From: Fimicolochytrium jonesii
Taxonomy: Eukaryota
Direction: 5' to 3'
DNA length: 64,000 bases
Assembly (NCBI RefSeq): GCF_025526975.1
Contig: NW_026515671.1
Location: forward strand, 1,364,001 to 1,428,000
Shown: positions 51,592 through 61,855 of the stretch, in pieces
How positions within the stretch are numbered: position 1 is the stretch's first letter
Layout: every line of letters starts with the position of its first letter
Program-made: the position numbers and the translations under genes
Notes under the pieces: generated by a model
What the model saw: only the letters and a program-made list of their open reading frames with translations
Told to the model about the DNA's origin: nothing
Databases searched by the model: none

Positions 51592-52688
51592 ATTGGTATT
51601 CGAGTATAGTTGGCGTTTCGTTTAAAGGGTATACGAAGAGAATGTCACCGCGGTGCGAGAAATGCCAAGGGTCGGGCCAAAATGCGGAATGCAGTGAACT
51701 GGCACCAGCGAGGACAAAGGTGAGTTTTGTACTTCTCCCACCCGTTCGACGTAAGGTTTGTGGCTCCGAACCTTCTCCGCGGGTATTAGTATGCCGTCTG
51801 AGCGTCAAGAGCTCTTGTCACCACAGAAGACTTGCGGTTGGTTCGAAGCTTTTTGTAGGTACAACCAGGCTTTTTTCGCTGCAGGCCACCAATAGACAAA
51901 ACTGGCTCGTGAGAAAGAGGACTGGGGTATACCCTTCCTTTGCTCGACGCCTTTATATATCCAGCCGTGACAAGGTGTGGGAACGACCCTTGGCATTGCA
52001 ATTGCCCCAGCGGGGCTCTTCGGGGTATGGATATGCTCATGTGTGGAGGTTGAGCGGAGTTTGTTCTTCCTGTCTCGCTGCCGCTTCCCATACAGTAAGA
52101 TCATCACATCATCTCTCGCGTGGACCGATTTTGGGAGGCGCTTGCGCGTTGAGTTGTTCCTTTCACCCGCTGGTCATCCCCTCGTGTCAAACACAACGCA
52201 TATCCTGGATTCAACTCCGCCCTCCATCCTCCCATACATCATCAGCGCTAGGATCGGACGGGGCGAGCGAAGCTACATCTATCCCTTGCACAACTCGGGC
52301 CCTGTTGCATGTGATATGGGGGAACGGTGGGGTTCATGTGTGAATGGATGGACGGAGACACGGATGGACGGACTTACTCGGCATATTTGGCGTGCCAAGA
52401 AACGTTTTGGGGAACCGACAGATTTGACGGGCTGGCATTCCCACGAGGGTTACATGCACAGGGCTTGCTCTCGACTCTCGAGTCATGTCCAATTCTTCTT
52501 CTGGTCGACCTCCAGCCCCGGGTAAGGGAACTTGATGAATTCCCCATTCAACCCGTCAAACTACTGTACTTTACGCCGAACTACGAACATTCGTAAACAT
52601 CACAACATCTCCCCTATGTGCAAACTACATACATATGTCCATTTTACTTTCCCTCACCATTCGGTGAAGGAGCCGGGCCTTCCTTCGC

Positions 52689-54434
52689 TTAGAGCGTGTA
52701 AGGAGGCGGCGCATCTTCTACCTCGTCTACATGTTCTTGAGCCCCCGGCTGCTGATAAGATGCACCCTGATGCATATTATAGACCTGCGTTGCGGGTCCC
52801 GGAAACTGTCCAACGGGTGGTACATGGCTTGAACTGCTGCTGCCGCCTTCTTGATAGGTTGTGGCCTGGTATGCGTCGCCCTTGTGCGAGGAGCTTTCCC
52901 CATGATTCAAAGGCGGTAGCGGCTTTTCGGTCTGAGGAAGCTGAATCTGCTGATTGTACCGCCCGTTGGCGTACGTGTAGGACGGTCCAGCCGCCGAAGG
53001 GCCTTGGTTCACGTACTGGCTGTAGCTATGAACAGCCTGAGGCTGGGGTGGGATCTGTTGACCATGCCCACCGAACGTCGGCGAGGCATAGGAAATCATC
53101 TGCTCATGCCCACCAGACGGCTGCGGGTAATAAGGCATATTCTGAGCAGCGTATTGACCCTGCCCACTAGATGATTGCGGGTAGTAAGGCATCTTCCGAT
53201 CAGGTCCACCGAAAGCGTGCGGGGCGTAAGGCATCTGACCAGTCGGATTGTACGCTTCCGAAGCCTGAGGGTAGTACGGCCCCTTCTGACCATCAGCCGC
53301 AGGGGCAGTACCCTGCACACCAGGCGCCTCGACGCAAGCAACCTGCAGACAAACAAGCCTGTCGCCATAAGCGGGAGTCCCCGGCACCTGGAAAAGAGCC
53401 GATAGGGAGCGCTGACGTTTGGCAGCTTCCCTCTCGGCCTGACGAGCCATCTTCTCCGCAATTCGCTCTTGTTGCATCGTGGCTTTTTTTGCGATTCTAA
53501 CTTGCTGCTTTGCACATCGTTCGGCGCGCTTCCGCTCTAAATTGGCTTGGCGTTGAGCCCGTTTGGCTTCACGGATTCCGTAGGCTTCTCCGCTCTTCTT
53601 ACCGCTACGCTTGTCGTCAGAGTCCGAGGATAAGGAGGACAAGGACGATAATGATGAGACCGAGGATACGGAGCGTCGCCGAGAAGAACGGACCAAGTAG
53701 TCACTCGTGGGAGTCCTCTTCACATCCTCGCCGGGCTGACCTGCCTCTATACCCCTGGTGGATTGCTGACCAGGCTCGTTCAAAACAGTGATTCGCAACC
53801 CACGCGGCCCAAAGAAGTTGGTATTCCACGCATCAACCACCGTCTTCATATGCGCAGCGGCCTGCTCATCCGCACTAGTGCGCAAAGCCTTCATCCCAGG
53901 AAGCACCAGATTCTTCTCAAGGAAATTTGTCGCGCGCTGGCTGCCTCCCATCTTGCCGCACAGCGCCAGATCCTCCAGGAAGCGGGCCCAGTCGTCGCGG
54001 GGGTAGACGTCGTAGCCGGTCAATTGGGCAGGTAATGCGGTCGGGAAGCCGTCGCGGAGCTGGTGGGTGAGGGAAACCACCTGGAAGGGCGGGAATCTCG
54101 GCGGAGTCCCGGGGACCACGCGGCCTGCGGCGTACGGCGAGTTCAGGAGGTGGATTGGAGCGGGCCGCGAGAAGGAGGGCGGGGGTGGGTGGAGAGGATC
54201 TCGGGGAGGTGGGAGAGTGTCGACCAAGCATTTAGGCACGCCCAGTTTCGTGAGAGAGGGGGCAAGGGAGGCCATGCTGAAGGACGAGGATGAGCCCGAC
54301 TTCTTGGCTTTCACGCCGGGGAGGAGACCTGGAGGTGCCGCGTACGAGCGGGAACTCTCGCTGCTGCTGTGAGCAGGTTGAGCGTTGTCCCATGATGGGG
54401 CGCCGGATTTCGAGTCGGAGTTCGAGCCCTTCAT
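52689..54434 (-). CDS. DUF4646-like fungal protein with a coiled coil and a Q/Y/P-rich tail
   Basis: 'PPPPSFSRPAP...FPPF...LRDGFP...YDVYPRDDWARFLEDL...VDAWNTNFFGPRGL'; repeated PYYPQ; C-terminal PPPY. Confidence 0.7.
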   Translation of the reverse strand: MKGSNSDSKSGAPSWDNAQPAHSSSESSRSYAAPPGLLPGVKAKKSGSSSSFSMASLAPSLTKLGVPKCLVDTLPPPRDPLHPPPPSFSRPAPIHLLNSPYAAGRVVPGTPPRFPPFQVVSLTHQLRDGFPTALPAQLTGYDVYPRDDWARFLEDLALCGKMGGSQRATNFLEKNLVLPGMKALRTSADEQAAAHMKTVVDAWNTNFFGPRGLRITVLNEPGQQSTRGIEAGQPGEDVKRTPTSDYLVRSSRRRSVSSVSSLSSLSSLSSDSDDKRSGKKSGEAYGIREAKRAQRQANLERKRAERCAKQQVRIAKKATMQQERIAEKMARQAEREAAKRQRSLSALFQVPGTPAYGDRLVCLQVACVEAPGVQGTAPAADGQKGPYYPQASEAYNPTGQMPYAPHAFGGPDRKMPYYPQSSSGQGQYAAQNMPYYPQPSGGHEQMISYASPTFGGHGQQIPPQPQAVHSYSQYVNQGPSAAGPSYTYANGRYNQQIQLPQTEKPLPPLNHGESSSHKGDAYQATTYQEGGSSSSSHVPPVGQFPGPATQVYNMHQGASYQQPGAQEHVDEVEDAPPPYTL

Positions 54435-55299
54435 TCCTCCTTTCCTTTCGGCGGAATCGTCAAACTATATGTGCAGGCTGCAGTTCTCGAAGCGTCCGAT
54501 GGCCGAGATGCTTCACAGATGGGATGGTCACACGGAACTGATGTGCGTGTGTTATAGCTCTTATATACAGCTCCCTGGCACCCTCTATATACAGTATGTA
54601 CAGCACAACCAGGCTACTCAACGGCTTGGCCTGGGCGCTCAAAACCATGTCACAAGCATTGCGGCACATGCAGCGTCCAAACCTTTCTATATTGCCTTTG
54701 CGGCCGCTGCTCGCCCGCCACAGAATGGGCGTTCCTGCCACACTGCCACCTCATTACGCACTGCTTGATCACGTAAACGCACAATAACGTGTCCTGAACG
54801 CGTGGTGCTTTATTCCGTCTCTTCGACAGAAGCAACTCCCACGTCGAGTCCACGACCTCGCCAATCAGACCACGGCAAAAGAGTTGTGAACTGGTGTGCC
54901 GGACTGATTCTTGTCCCTTGGTCTAGATCTACTATCCAGCGAAACCACAGCAGTATTTGCAACACCTAAATGCACCCTGAACTGAAGCATTGATGGGAGA
55001 GATAACAAGCCCCCAAAAGTGGAGAGGAGGACACTGATTCATCGGCCTGGGGTAGTCGCAGACACCGTATTTGCCAGGTTTCCCGCAACCACTCCAGGTC
55101 TATGACTTGGTGGTCCGTAACTGCCTCTCTGCCCCAAGCTGTATACATGACTATGATCGGAAAAAAAAAGATAAGGGGGTTGAGCAGCAAAACGACTAAC
55201 GCACCAATTCCAGATTCAAGATATCTTCGTTCAGTAAATTCCGCTGAACAAGCTGACGGTAGTATTTGGCTACACCACCGAAAAGAGCTTCGAGTCGAA

Positions 55300-56216
55300 T
55301 CATGGCACGAGGGTCCTCAAACCGAAATGACTGGAGATTTTCAGTATGTCCCATATATCTAGATACCCCACTGTAATTGGGCTAGCATGCATAACTCCCA
55401 TTTTGCGGGGTCCACGTGGCGAAATCACCGCCGTTGCGTCCAAATGGTCGCGAGACATAAAACTTGCCATCTCCCCAATCTTTGGAGGCAGGAGGATGTC
55501 CTGCCTCCAAGTATTGAGGAGCGTAAGAGCTTGCGAGAATAATTCCACCAGCGGATCCTTTCCTCGGAAACCGTTTAGTGAGGTCTTCCCCATAGTCTGA
55601 ATCTCATGCGCTATGATGCGTCGTTCTCCTGTGCATCGCTATATCTCGTCGATATAAACATAGCAGCCGTATTTGACGACTTGGATCAAGGCGAAATGTA
55701 GTTCAGCTGCCTGGCGGATGTTTATCGTCCTATCGAGTTGCCGAGATTGCGGCTGGAAGACGGATACGACGGCGTCGATGCTGGCAGGCGGGATTGTGAT
55801 TTTCACGAACTTCCCAGGATAAATGGTTTCAACGACCGTTTCGGCAAGAGTTGACTGTCCGGCTCCACGGCCGCCCACCATGACCAACTTACAGGCGTCA
55901 TTGAAAGCAATCCGATTTCGCAGCGTAGTCACCTAGAAATGGCGATACATTTTAAGATAACCTCTTGCAGGGGATCAGCCAAAGAGCGCTGTGCTTCCCC
56001 GCTAAACGCTATCACTGGCTCGCGTAATTCGAGGCCCTCGACTTCGAAGGGCGTCCGATTTGACTGCGAGACATACATGACTTTGGCATCAAGATTCCGA
56101 ATCGAATAAGCCCTACTCCAACGGCCAGCTGATCTTGCAAACACTCTCACCTCTACCGTGGTTTGATAGATAACGTATTGAAAGTACTCAAAGAGTGCGG
56201 TCATCGAATGAAGCAC
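55300..56216 (-). pseudogene. Decayed P-loop (AAA+-like) ATPase relic
   Basis: Degenerate Walker A 'LVMVGGRGAGQSTL' (K>Q) and Walker B 'YVYIDEI*R' with an in-frame TAG. Flanked by co-oriented ORF fragments. Confidence 0.55.
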
Positions 56217-57042
56217 ATATGCCGGAACATCGTGAGAATCTGACGTTCAAGTAGTTCCTGAGCATACAGGGAAAGAAAATACTATAATCTGCGAGATCTG
56301 AGAGACAGGTCATGACAACCAACCAGAAGGCACATCAACGTGCAGTGTCCACGAATCGTTTTGAAACGTATCATCAATTGACTCGATGGAGTGACGGGCA
56401 TTGACTGGACCACATGAACTTCGCGCTGGAATTAAATCGAGAAATCGAGTGTGGAGAAGAAAGGAAGTTTGGTTTAGCGTCAAGACGGCACTTTTTGTGG
56501 GGCGGAGATTTGTGTGTACGTAAGCAAATAAATGTCCGATGACTCAAGCGCATGACCGCCCAACGACAAAGCAAAAACGCGCGAGAGCGGTGGGTATAAA
56601 AGGAGCGAGCAAGTCCACCACAGCCACCACAAGCGAAAATCACGTTCCCACGAACAACTGAAATCGACATTCTGAAGAACATATACACCTTCTCGCTCGT
56701 TGAAGTACTCTGAGAAGCAATCAGCGCCTCCATCCGCACCGCCCTTACCTGTTTCCGCGAGGACCAAAGTGTCGTTTCTCTTCTGGTTTCTGCGCCTCGC
56801 ACGGATTCTCGGCATTTTTCCCACGGACCTATCAACTTCGGCAAACCTCCACTCTGTCGGTCGATAATACTTGAAAGTACTCAGTTCCGTCCTACTCGTC
56901 AATTTCGGGAGTGTAGGCAAATCTTTACGGAGTGCCAACTCTTCAATTTCGGAGCCATCTATGCTATTGGCAGACGATGTCTTCATCCCTTCGACACAGA
57001 CAACCTCTTTCAATATTCAACAACAACATATCGCTAGGAGAC

Positions 57043-57939
57043 ATGGCCACCCCAACTCCGCTACTTTATAAGCCCCTGCTCCAAACAGACATCCTCAAAG
57101 CACCTAGGCGAGCCGGACCTACCAAGACTTTCCGCAATTCGTCAAACAAAGGACGCTTTCAGCCCAAACAGCAAAGCGACGGTCTTCGTTCACGTCGATC
57201 GTTCGCCTCGAAGGCGTCCACCGCCCCTTCCTTTCGCCACTCACTGCCAAAATTACCATCGCTTCCCCCGTTTTTCTACCGCGGTGCCTCAAATTATGCC
57301 ACGACTCCGCGCGCCCCCCCACAGAACCCCGCTCCTTTCCGCGCACCTTCTTACTTTGACTCCTCCATGCCCGTCGGTCAAGCCGCCCCTTTGAAGGGAG
57401 GAAGTATTCAAAAGGCTCGACCGCGGCCAGCCACGAACAAGCGAAAATCTTTCGATCAAACCGGTCGAACGGATCGGCGACACCGTCACTGGAAAAACAT
57501 CTCGGTCTACGGTCGCCCCAAGAACTGGCGGCGCAAAGGCGACTTCTATCGGCCTCCCGCCCCCGAAAATCTGTCGTGTTCGCCTACTACGCAAGTCGAT
57601 GGCGAAGGTGCCACCGATAGTCACCTGAAAGGCACCTCCAAACTTTCCGCACATAGCTCTCCGCCTACCCTTACTGATGCAGAAGTCGACGACATCCTCG
57701 ATGAAGCTTTTGCTGATCTGGGGTGGAACGTGGGTCAACAATCGGAGCGCGCAGGGGATGAGGATGAGGACGAGGAGGATAACATGACTCCACCTTTGGC
57801 CGATTGGATATATCCGACGGAGATCTACGAGGCCGATCGGAAGAAATTCTTCGAGATGGGTGGGACTTCCCTCGATCGATCTTTCATTGGGTGTACCCCG
57901 CCACCGAACATTCTGGCGGACCTCGATTTGCTGCCTTGA
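57043..57939 (+). CDS. Hypothetical protein (about 298 aa) with a basic N-terminal half and an acidic C-terminal half
   Basis: Intronless ORF with ATG at 57043; TATAAAA at about 56596. Confidence 0.6.
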   Translation: MATPTPLLYKPLLQTDILKAPRRAGPTKTFRNSSNKGRFQPKQQSDGLRSRRSFASKASTAPSFRHSLPKLPSLPPFFYRGASNYATTPRAPPQNPAPFRAPSYFDSSMPVGQAAPLKGGSIQKARPRPATNKRKSFDQTGRTDRRHRHWKNISVYGRPKNWRRKGDFYRPPAPENLSCSPTTQVDGEGATDSHLKGTSKLSAHSSPPTLTDAEVDDILDEAFADLGWNVGQQSERAGDEDEDEEDNMTPPLADWIYPTEIYEADRKKFFEMGGTSLDRSFIGCTPPPNILADLDLLP

Positions 57940-58898
57940 GAGATGTTGCTCCGAGCGGGTATTCTTTTGGATCGAGCTGTTGATCAGCATTTTTGGGAAT
58001 GATGGGTTGGGAGGGATCAGCGTGGCGTCTGGTAGTTAGATACCCTATACGGTTGATTCTTGGAATCAGTCGCTAATACCATTTGTCATCATTGTTTTTC
58101 AACAAAGATTCTTTTACAGATTCATCCGAACGAACGAACGACGTTACGCAACAAAACACCATCATCCGGCTCTTTCTCCGCGTCCGCCCCTTGGGACAAC
58201 CATTCTATCGCTTTCGTTTCGCCCTCTCGCACGCACCTTTACAAAATATTCGCTCCGTCAAGTTTGATGTGAGGCTCGGGGTAAAACCCGAGCTGCGAAT
58301 GTTTCCGCGTGTGGGGCTCGGATCTGATAGCACGGAGATGATGATGCGGTTTGTTGTGTGTATCTACTCGTTCGTCGTTTTGCCCCTTTTTGTGATCTGT
58401 TGTGTCTGACTGTCGTTTCGATTGGTGTCTTCGAAAGCCAGCGCCTTTGCGATCGTTGTCCTCTCGCACTTCCGAGAACCGTTGAATTGCCTCTCGTACG
58501 CGCATGAACGGGGAATGTTGGGGACGAGGTTCCCTGCGTTTGTGTGGCTAAGTGACTTGAGCTCGAAAGTCGGTCCTGGCTCGCTTTCTCACATTTCTTT
58601 TCCTATCAGAAAGCCGCGATCCTTACGGTCCCAGACGTAAGCCTCTGTTGGCTCCAGACATCCATCGTCGCCGGGAGGTTGCGCGCTCTTGCACACAATA
58701 AAGTGCTTGAGGATAAGTGCTTTCCGACGTCGTTTCTTGTGTTCATCATGGTCCCCTCACTAACGTATCATATCTTCGCCTGTCTTCGCATCCGAAAAGC
58801 ATGTAGTTTACATCGTGCAACCAATCCCTCCGACCCAATCGATCCTCGAACGTCCCCAGTACCACAGTCCAGCAAAGCTCCAAATTGCCGAACGGAAC

Positions 58899-59373
58899 CT
58901 CATTTAACCTCTCATGTCGAAGTCCCCAAATATCCGTCCATCCGCCTTGGCCCCTCTACCATATTGCACACATTCTGCAAACAGGTCGATGGCCCAAGCG
59001 GATGTCGGATATGCGACGGATAATTCATGATGTGCTTACACCTCGAACGTCGCTCATTTCCCTCGCACGATCAGATGCGTTTCGGTAGCGTCCCCTCAAA
59101 TCCAGGTGTTTCGGCGGTCCGACTCTTTGACGTCAACATCTCTGCCTTCCACAGTACATCAAAGGCAGGAAACCTGAGGCATCTGCCGCCCGCCCAACCT
59201 AAACACTCAGTAACGGCAGCTTCACATTCATCTCGTCTCCACCTACACCTTACAGTGAAAGTGCGAACGTATATCTGGACGCTTTCGAATCCAGCTCCGC
59301 CAATGCAATATGGTAGAGGGGCCAAGTCAGATGGACGGATATTTGGGGACTTTGACATGAGAGGTTAAATGAG
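58899..59373. repeat. 70-bp inverted repeat pair (58899-58968 and 59304-59373) with a 335-bp spacer
   Basis: The left arm equals the reverse complement of the right arm with 3 mismatches in 70 nt (manual alignment). Confidence 0.92.
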
Positions 59374-60196
59374 CCGAGAATGCGAGATGTACGACCTACG
59401 GGATGTGCAGGACTTTGTAGATGGGATGAGAAGAAGGTGCTGGACAACCGTACTGTGTTTCCGTACAGCATCGTACGTACGTCCATCTCTCACGCTCATA
59501 AGGTGCCGGGATTTGATGTAAGACGCCTTCCTAGGGGTATACCGGCTGTAAAAGCTTAGTAGTTATTCGAGCGCTCTTGAGGATATGAAGCTGTTCGATT
59601 CCCTAGATCCATAGAACATTCTATTGTGATCCAGATATCGATAGCTCCAACCTGGTGCATTGCACACAACTTCCAGTATCCACTCGATGTGACCATCAGC
59701 CCTTGTGAGGACAGCTCCATCCAGAATCGCTACCAGGCACAATGTTTGATTGCAAGGAGAAGGGTCTGGTCGACAGATGTTTATATTTGAAACAGAACCA
59801 CAACGCCCGGTACAGAAAGACAGAACCGGATGCAAAACATATATTTACATAAAATCAGGAAGGGGTCTCGAAGAAAATGTACAGGGCGAGACTAACGGAT
59901 GATGAGAGAGCACAGAAGGGTAACAAAACAACCCATTACACAAGAGAACTCTGAGAAAGAAGAGCGATCGGGGTGCTCTTCATGTTCATTTTCCTTTGCG
60001 CCAAGCCGGCGTGTCTACACAAAACCACTGGGGGGTAACTTGATTGGTGGGGGAGGGAAGGGGTATTGGTGGTATGGTGATACCGAAGTGTTTGGTTCCT
60101 CTCGCGGGTGAACTCTACTGGGTGTGTCACTCTCTGACGATTCGGGGATGCATCTCGATGGGTTGCCGATATTCCCTGCATCAGGGTGGTTTTCGT

Positions 60197-61855
60197 TCAT
60201 GCTCGGCAGGCTGCGTAGCCAGAGTGAGGGCTCGGCGGCGAGCAACCATATCCAAGTCCAAAATTGTCCGAGTCGGCGTATAGCGACCCGCCTCCCCTGC
60301 GCAGGCCGGTGGAGTGGAAGTTGCGGCTGATGTGGTAGTCGGCCATGCTACCCACCGATGCGGACGAGAAGGGGATCTCTATGGAGTCCAGGTACAGCGA
60401 TGGTGACGGGCTCCTGCCTCTATGATTGGCTGCGGCGATGGCGATGGGGGACGAGTGGCATGGGGAGCAGCTTCGTGGGGATGCGGGAGGGTAGGAGGCT
60501 GTACGAGGGAGTGATGGCCTGGGGATCGGCCGTGGTGATGATTTGGCGTGCCCATGTGAGGACTGATCGGGGATGGGGATGCTCGAAGATGGCGAGGAGG
60601 ATGGGGAGACTTGAAGTCCTGGCGGGACAGAAACCTCCACGCATAGCGTGGGCCGGCTTACTGCGACGGGGATGAAGGAGGTGCTGAGAGGTGATTCGGC
60701 TCGAGGCGATGATGCGCGTGCGAAGGTGGGGATGAAAACGGGTGCGGATGGTGATGGGCGGATTGGTCGAGTGGTCCGCGAGCTGGTTGGCAATGCTGCT
60801 GGATCTGCCCATGGGAAGAGCGGTTGCCGTGAGTTTGTAGGTGTGCCGGTCGTGGGAGTGACTGGCGAGGTTGGGGATTTGCTTGAGGACGCGGTGGCGG
60901 CACGAGTGAGTTCGAGGTTGTAATTGGAGCCCTGGTTGTTGTCCCAGTAGGTTTGGCCTCCAACCTCGTATCGAAGAGCGAAGCTGAAATTCCCTTTCAG
61001 TGCCGAAGCTGAGAATTCCTTGCCGAGATCTATGCGAAACAGGAATCGGTCGATGCCGGCGAAACCATGGCCGCTCGGGGTGATAACGTTCGCAAAGGTG
61101 GCGGGCACCTCAGCTGTAGTAGACCAGTTGTCGACCGAATAACGCACCGTCACTGTCTTGTGGAAGTCCAAATTGCGGACCAAGATGCTCCCCGCCAAGA
61201 CGCGACTGTTCTCGATTGTCACCGCGTCCAGCCTCACAGGCACCCATTGGTCGAATGAGGGCAGGGTCGGGGTATTTTTGGACGCAATGACCCAGGATTC
61301 GAGTTGCGCTAGGGACGCCGACAGCGTTGGAGAGTCGACATCTCCCGTGTCCCTCACTCCGTATTGCTCGAATTCGGGAATTTCCGAAACGCGGGAGCCA
61401 CGTATGAACAGACACACATGCTCTAGCAGGTTGTTGAAAGTCAGGCTCTTCTTGCCGCGAGGGACAGTTGTATAGTAGGGTCGTCGGACGTGGTTGTCTT
61501 CGGGCTTCAGGCAGGACCGTACAGTTTCACCTCGACTGTTGCGTGGGATATTCGAGAGCGCTGCTGAGCTGGTATCGGCGAGCTGACTCGCTGTGGTGTT
61601 TGGGGCCGGGGCCGGTGATGGTATGCGCACGAGTTCATAGTGAGGCGGGGTGTTGGGACGTTTGTAGCCAGCGGTTGGGGGCGACCGGTTCGCGGACAGT
61701 TTGGGGCTATTGCCCCCGGTGAGCGATTCCGAGACTGGAGGAGCACGATGCTGAAGGATTTTGTGGAGGTCGGGAGCGACAAACGGTAGCGTATGGTTCG
61801 CCTGTAACGACAGATGCGTCTCGGCCGATGAATAGCGGTCTCCGTTGACGAGCAT
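60197..61855 (-). CDS. PP1 glycogen-targeting regulatory subunit (CBM21 domain; Gac1/Pig1-like)
   Basis: 'RSCLK', RVxF-like 'KKSLTF...LEHVCLF', CBM21 'LAGSILVRNLDFHKTVTVRYSVDNW...DRFLFRI...FALRYEVGGQTYWDNNQGSNY'. Confidence 0.92.
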   Translation of the reverse strand: MLVNGDRYSSAETHLSLQANHTLPFVAPDLHKILQHRAPPVSESLTGGNSPKLSANRSPPTAGYKRPNTPPHYELVRIPSPAPAPNTTASQLADTSSAALSNIPRNSRGETVRSCLKPEDNHVRRPYYTTVPRGKKSLTFNNLLEHVCLFIRGSRVSEIPEFEQYGVRDTGDVDSPTLSASLAQLESWVIASKNTPTLPSFDQWVPVRLDAVTIENSRVLAGSILVRNLDFHKTVTVRYSVDNWSTTAEVPATFANVITPSGHGFAGIDRFLFRIDLGKEFSASALKGNFSFALRYEVGGQTYWDNNQGSNYNLELTRAATASSSKSPTSPVTPTTGTPTNSRQPLFPWADPAALPTSSRTTRPIRPSPSAPVFIPTFARASSPRAESPLSTSFIPVAVSRPTLCVEVSVPPGLQVSPSSSPSSSIPIPDQSSHGHAKSSPRPIPRPSLPRTASYPPASPRSCSPCHSSPIAIAAANHRGRSPSPSLYLDSIEIPFSSASVGSMADYHISRNFHSTGLRRGGGSLYADSDNFGLGYGCSPPSPHSGYAACRA

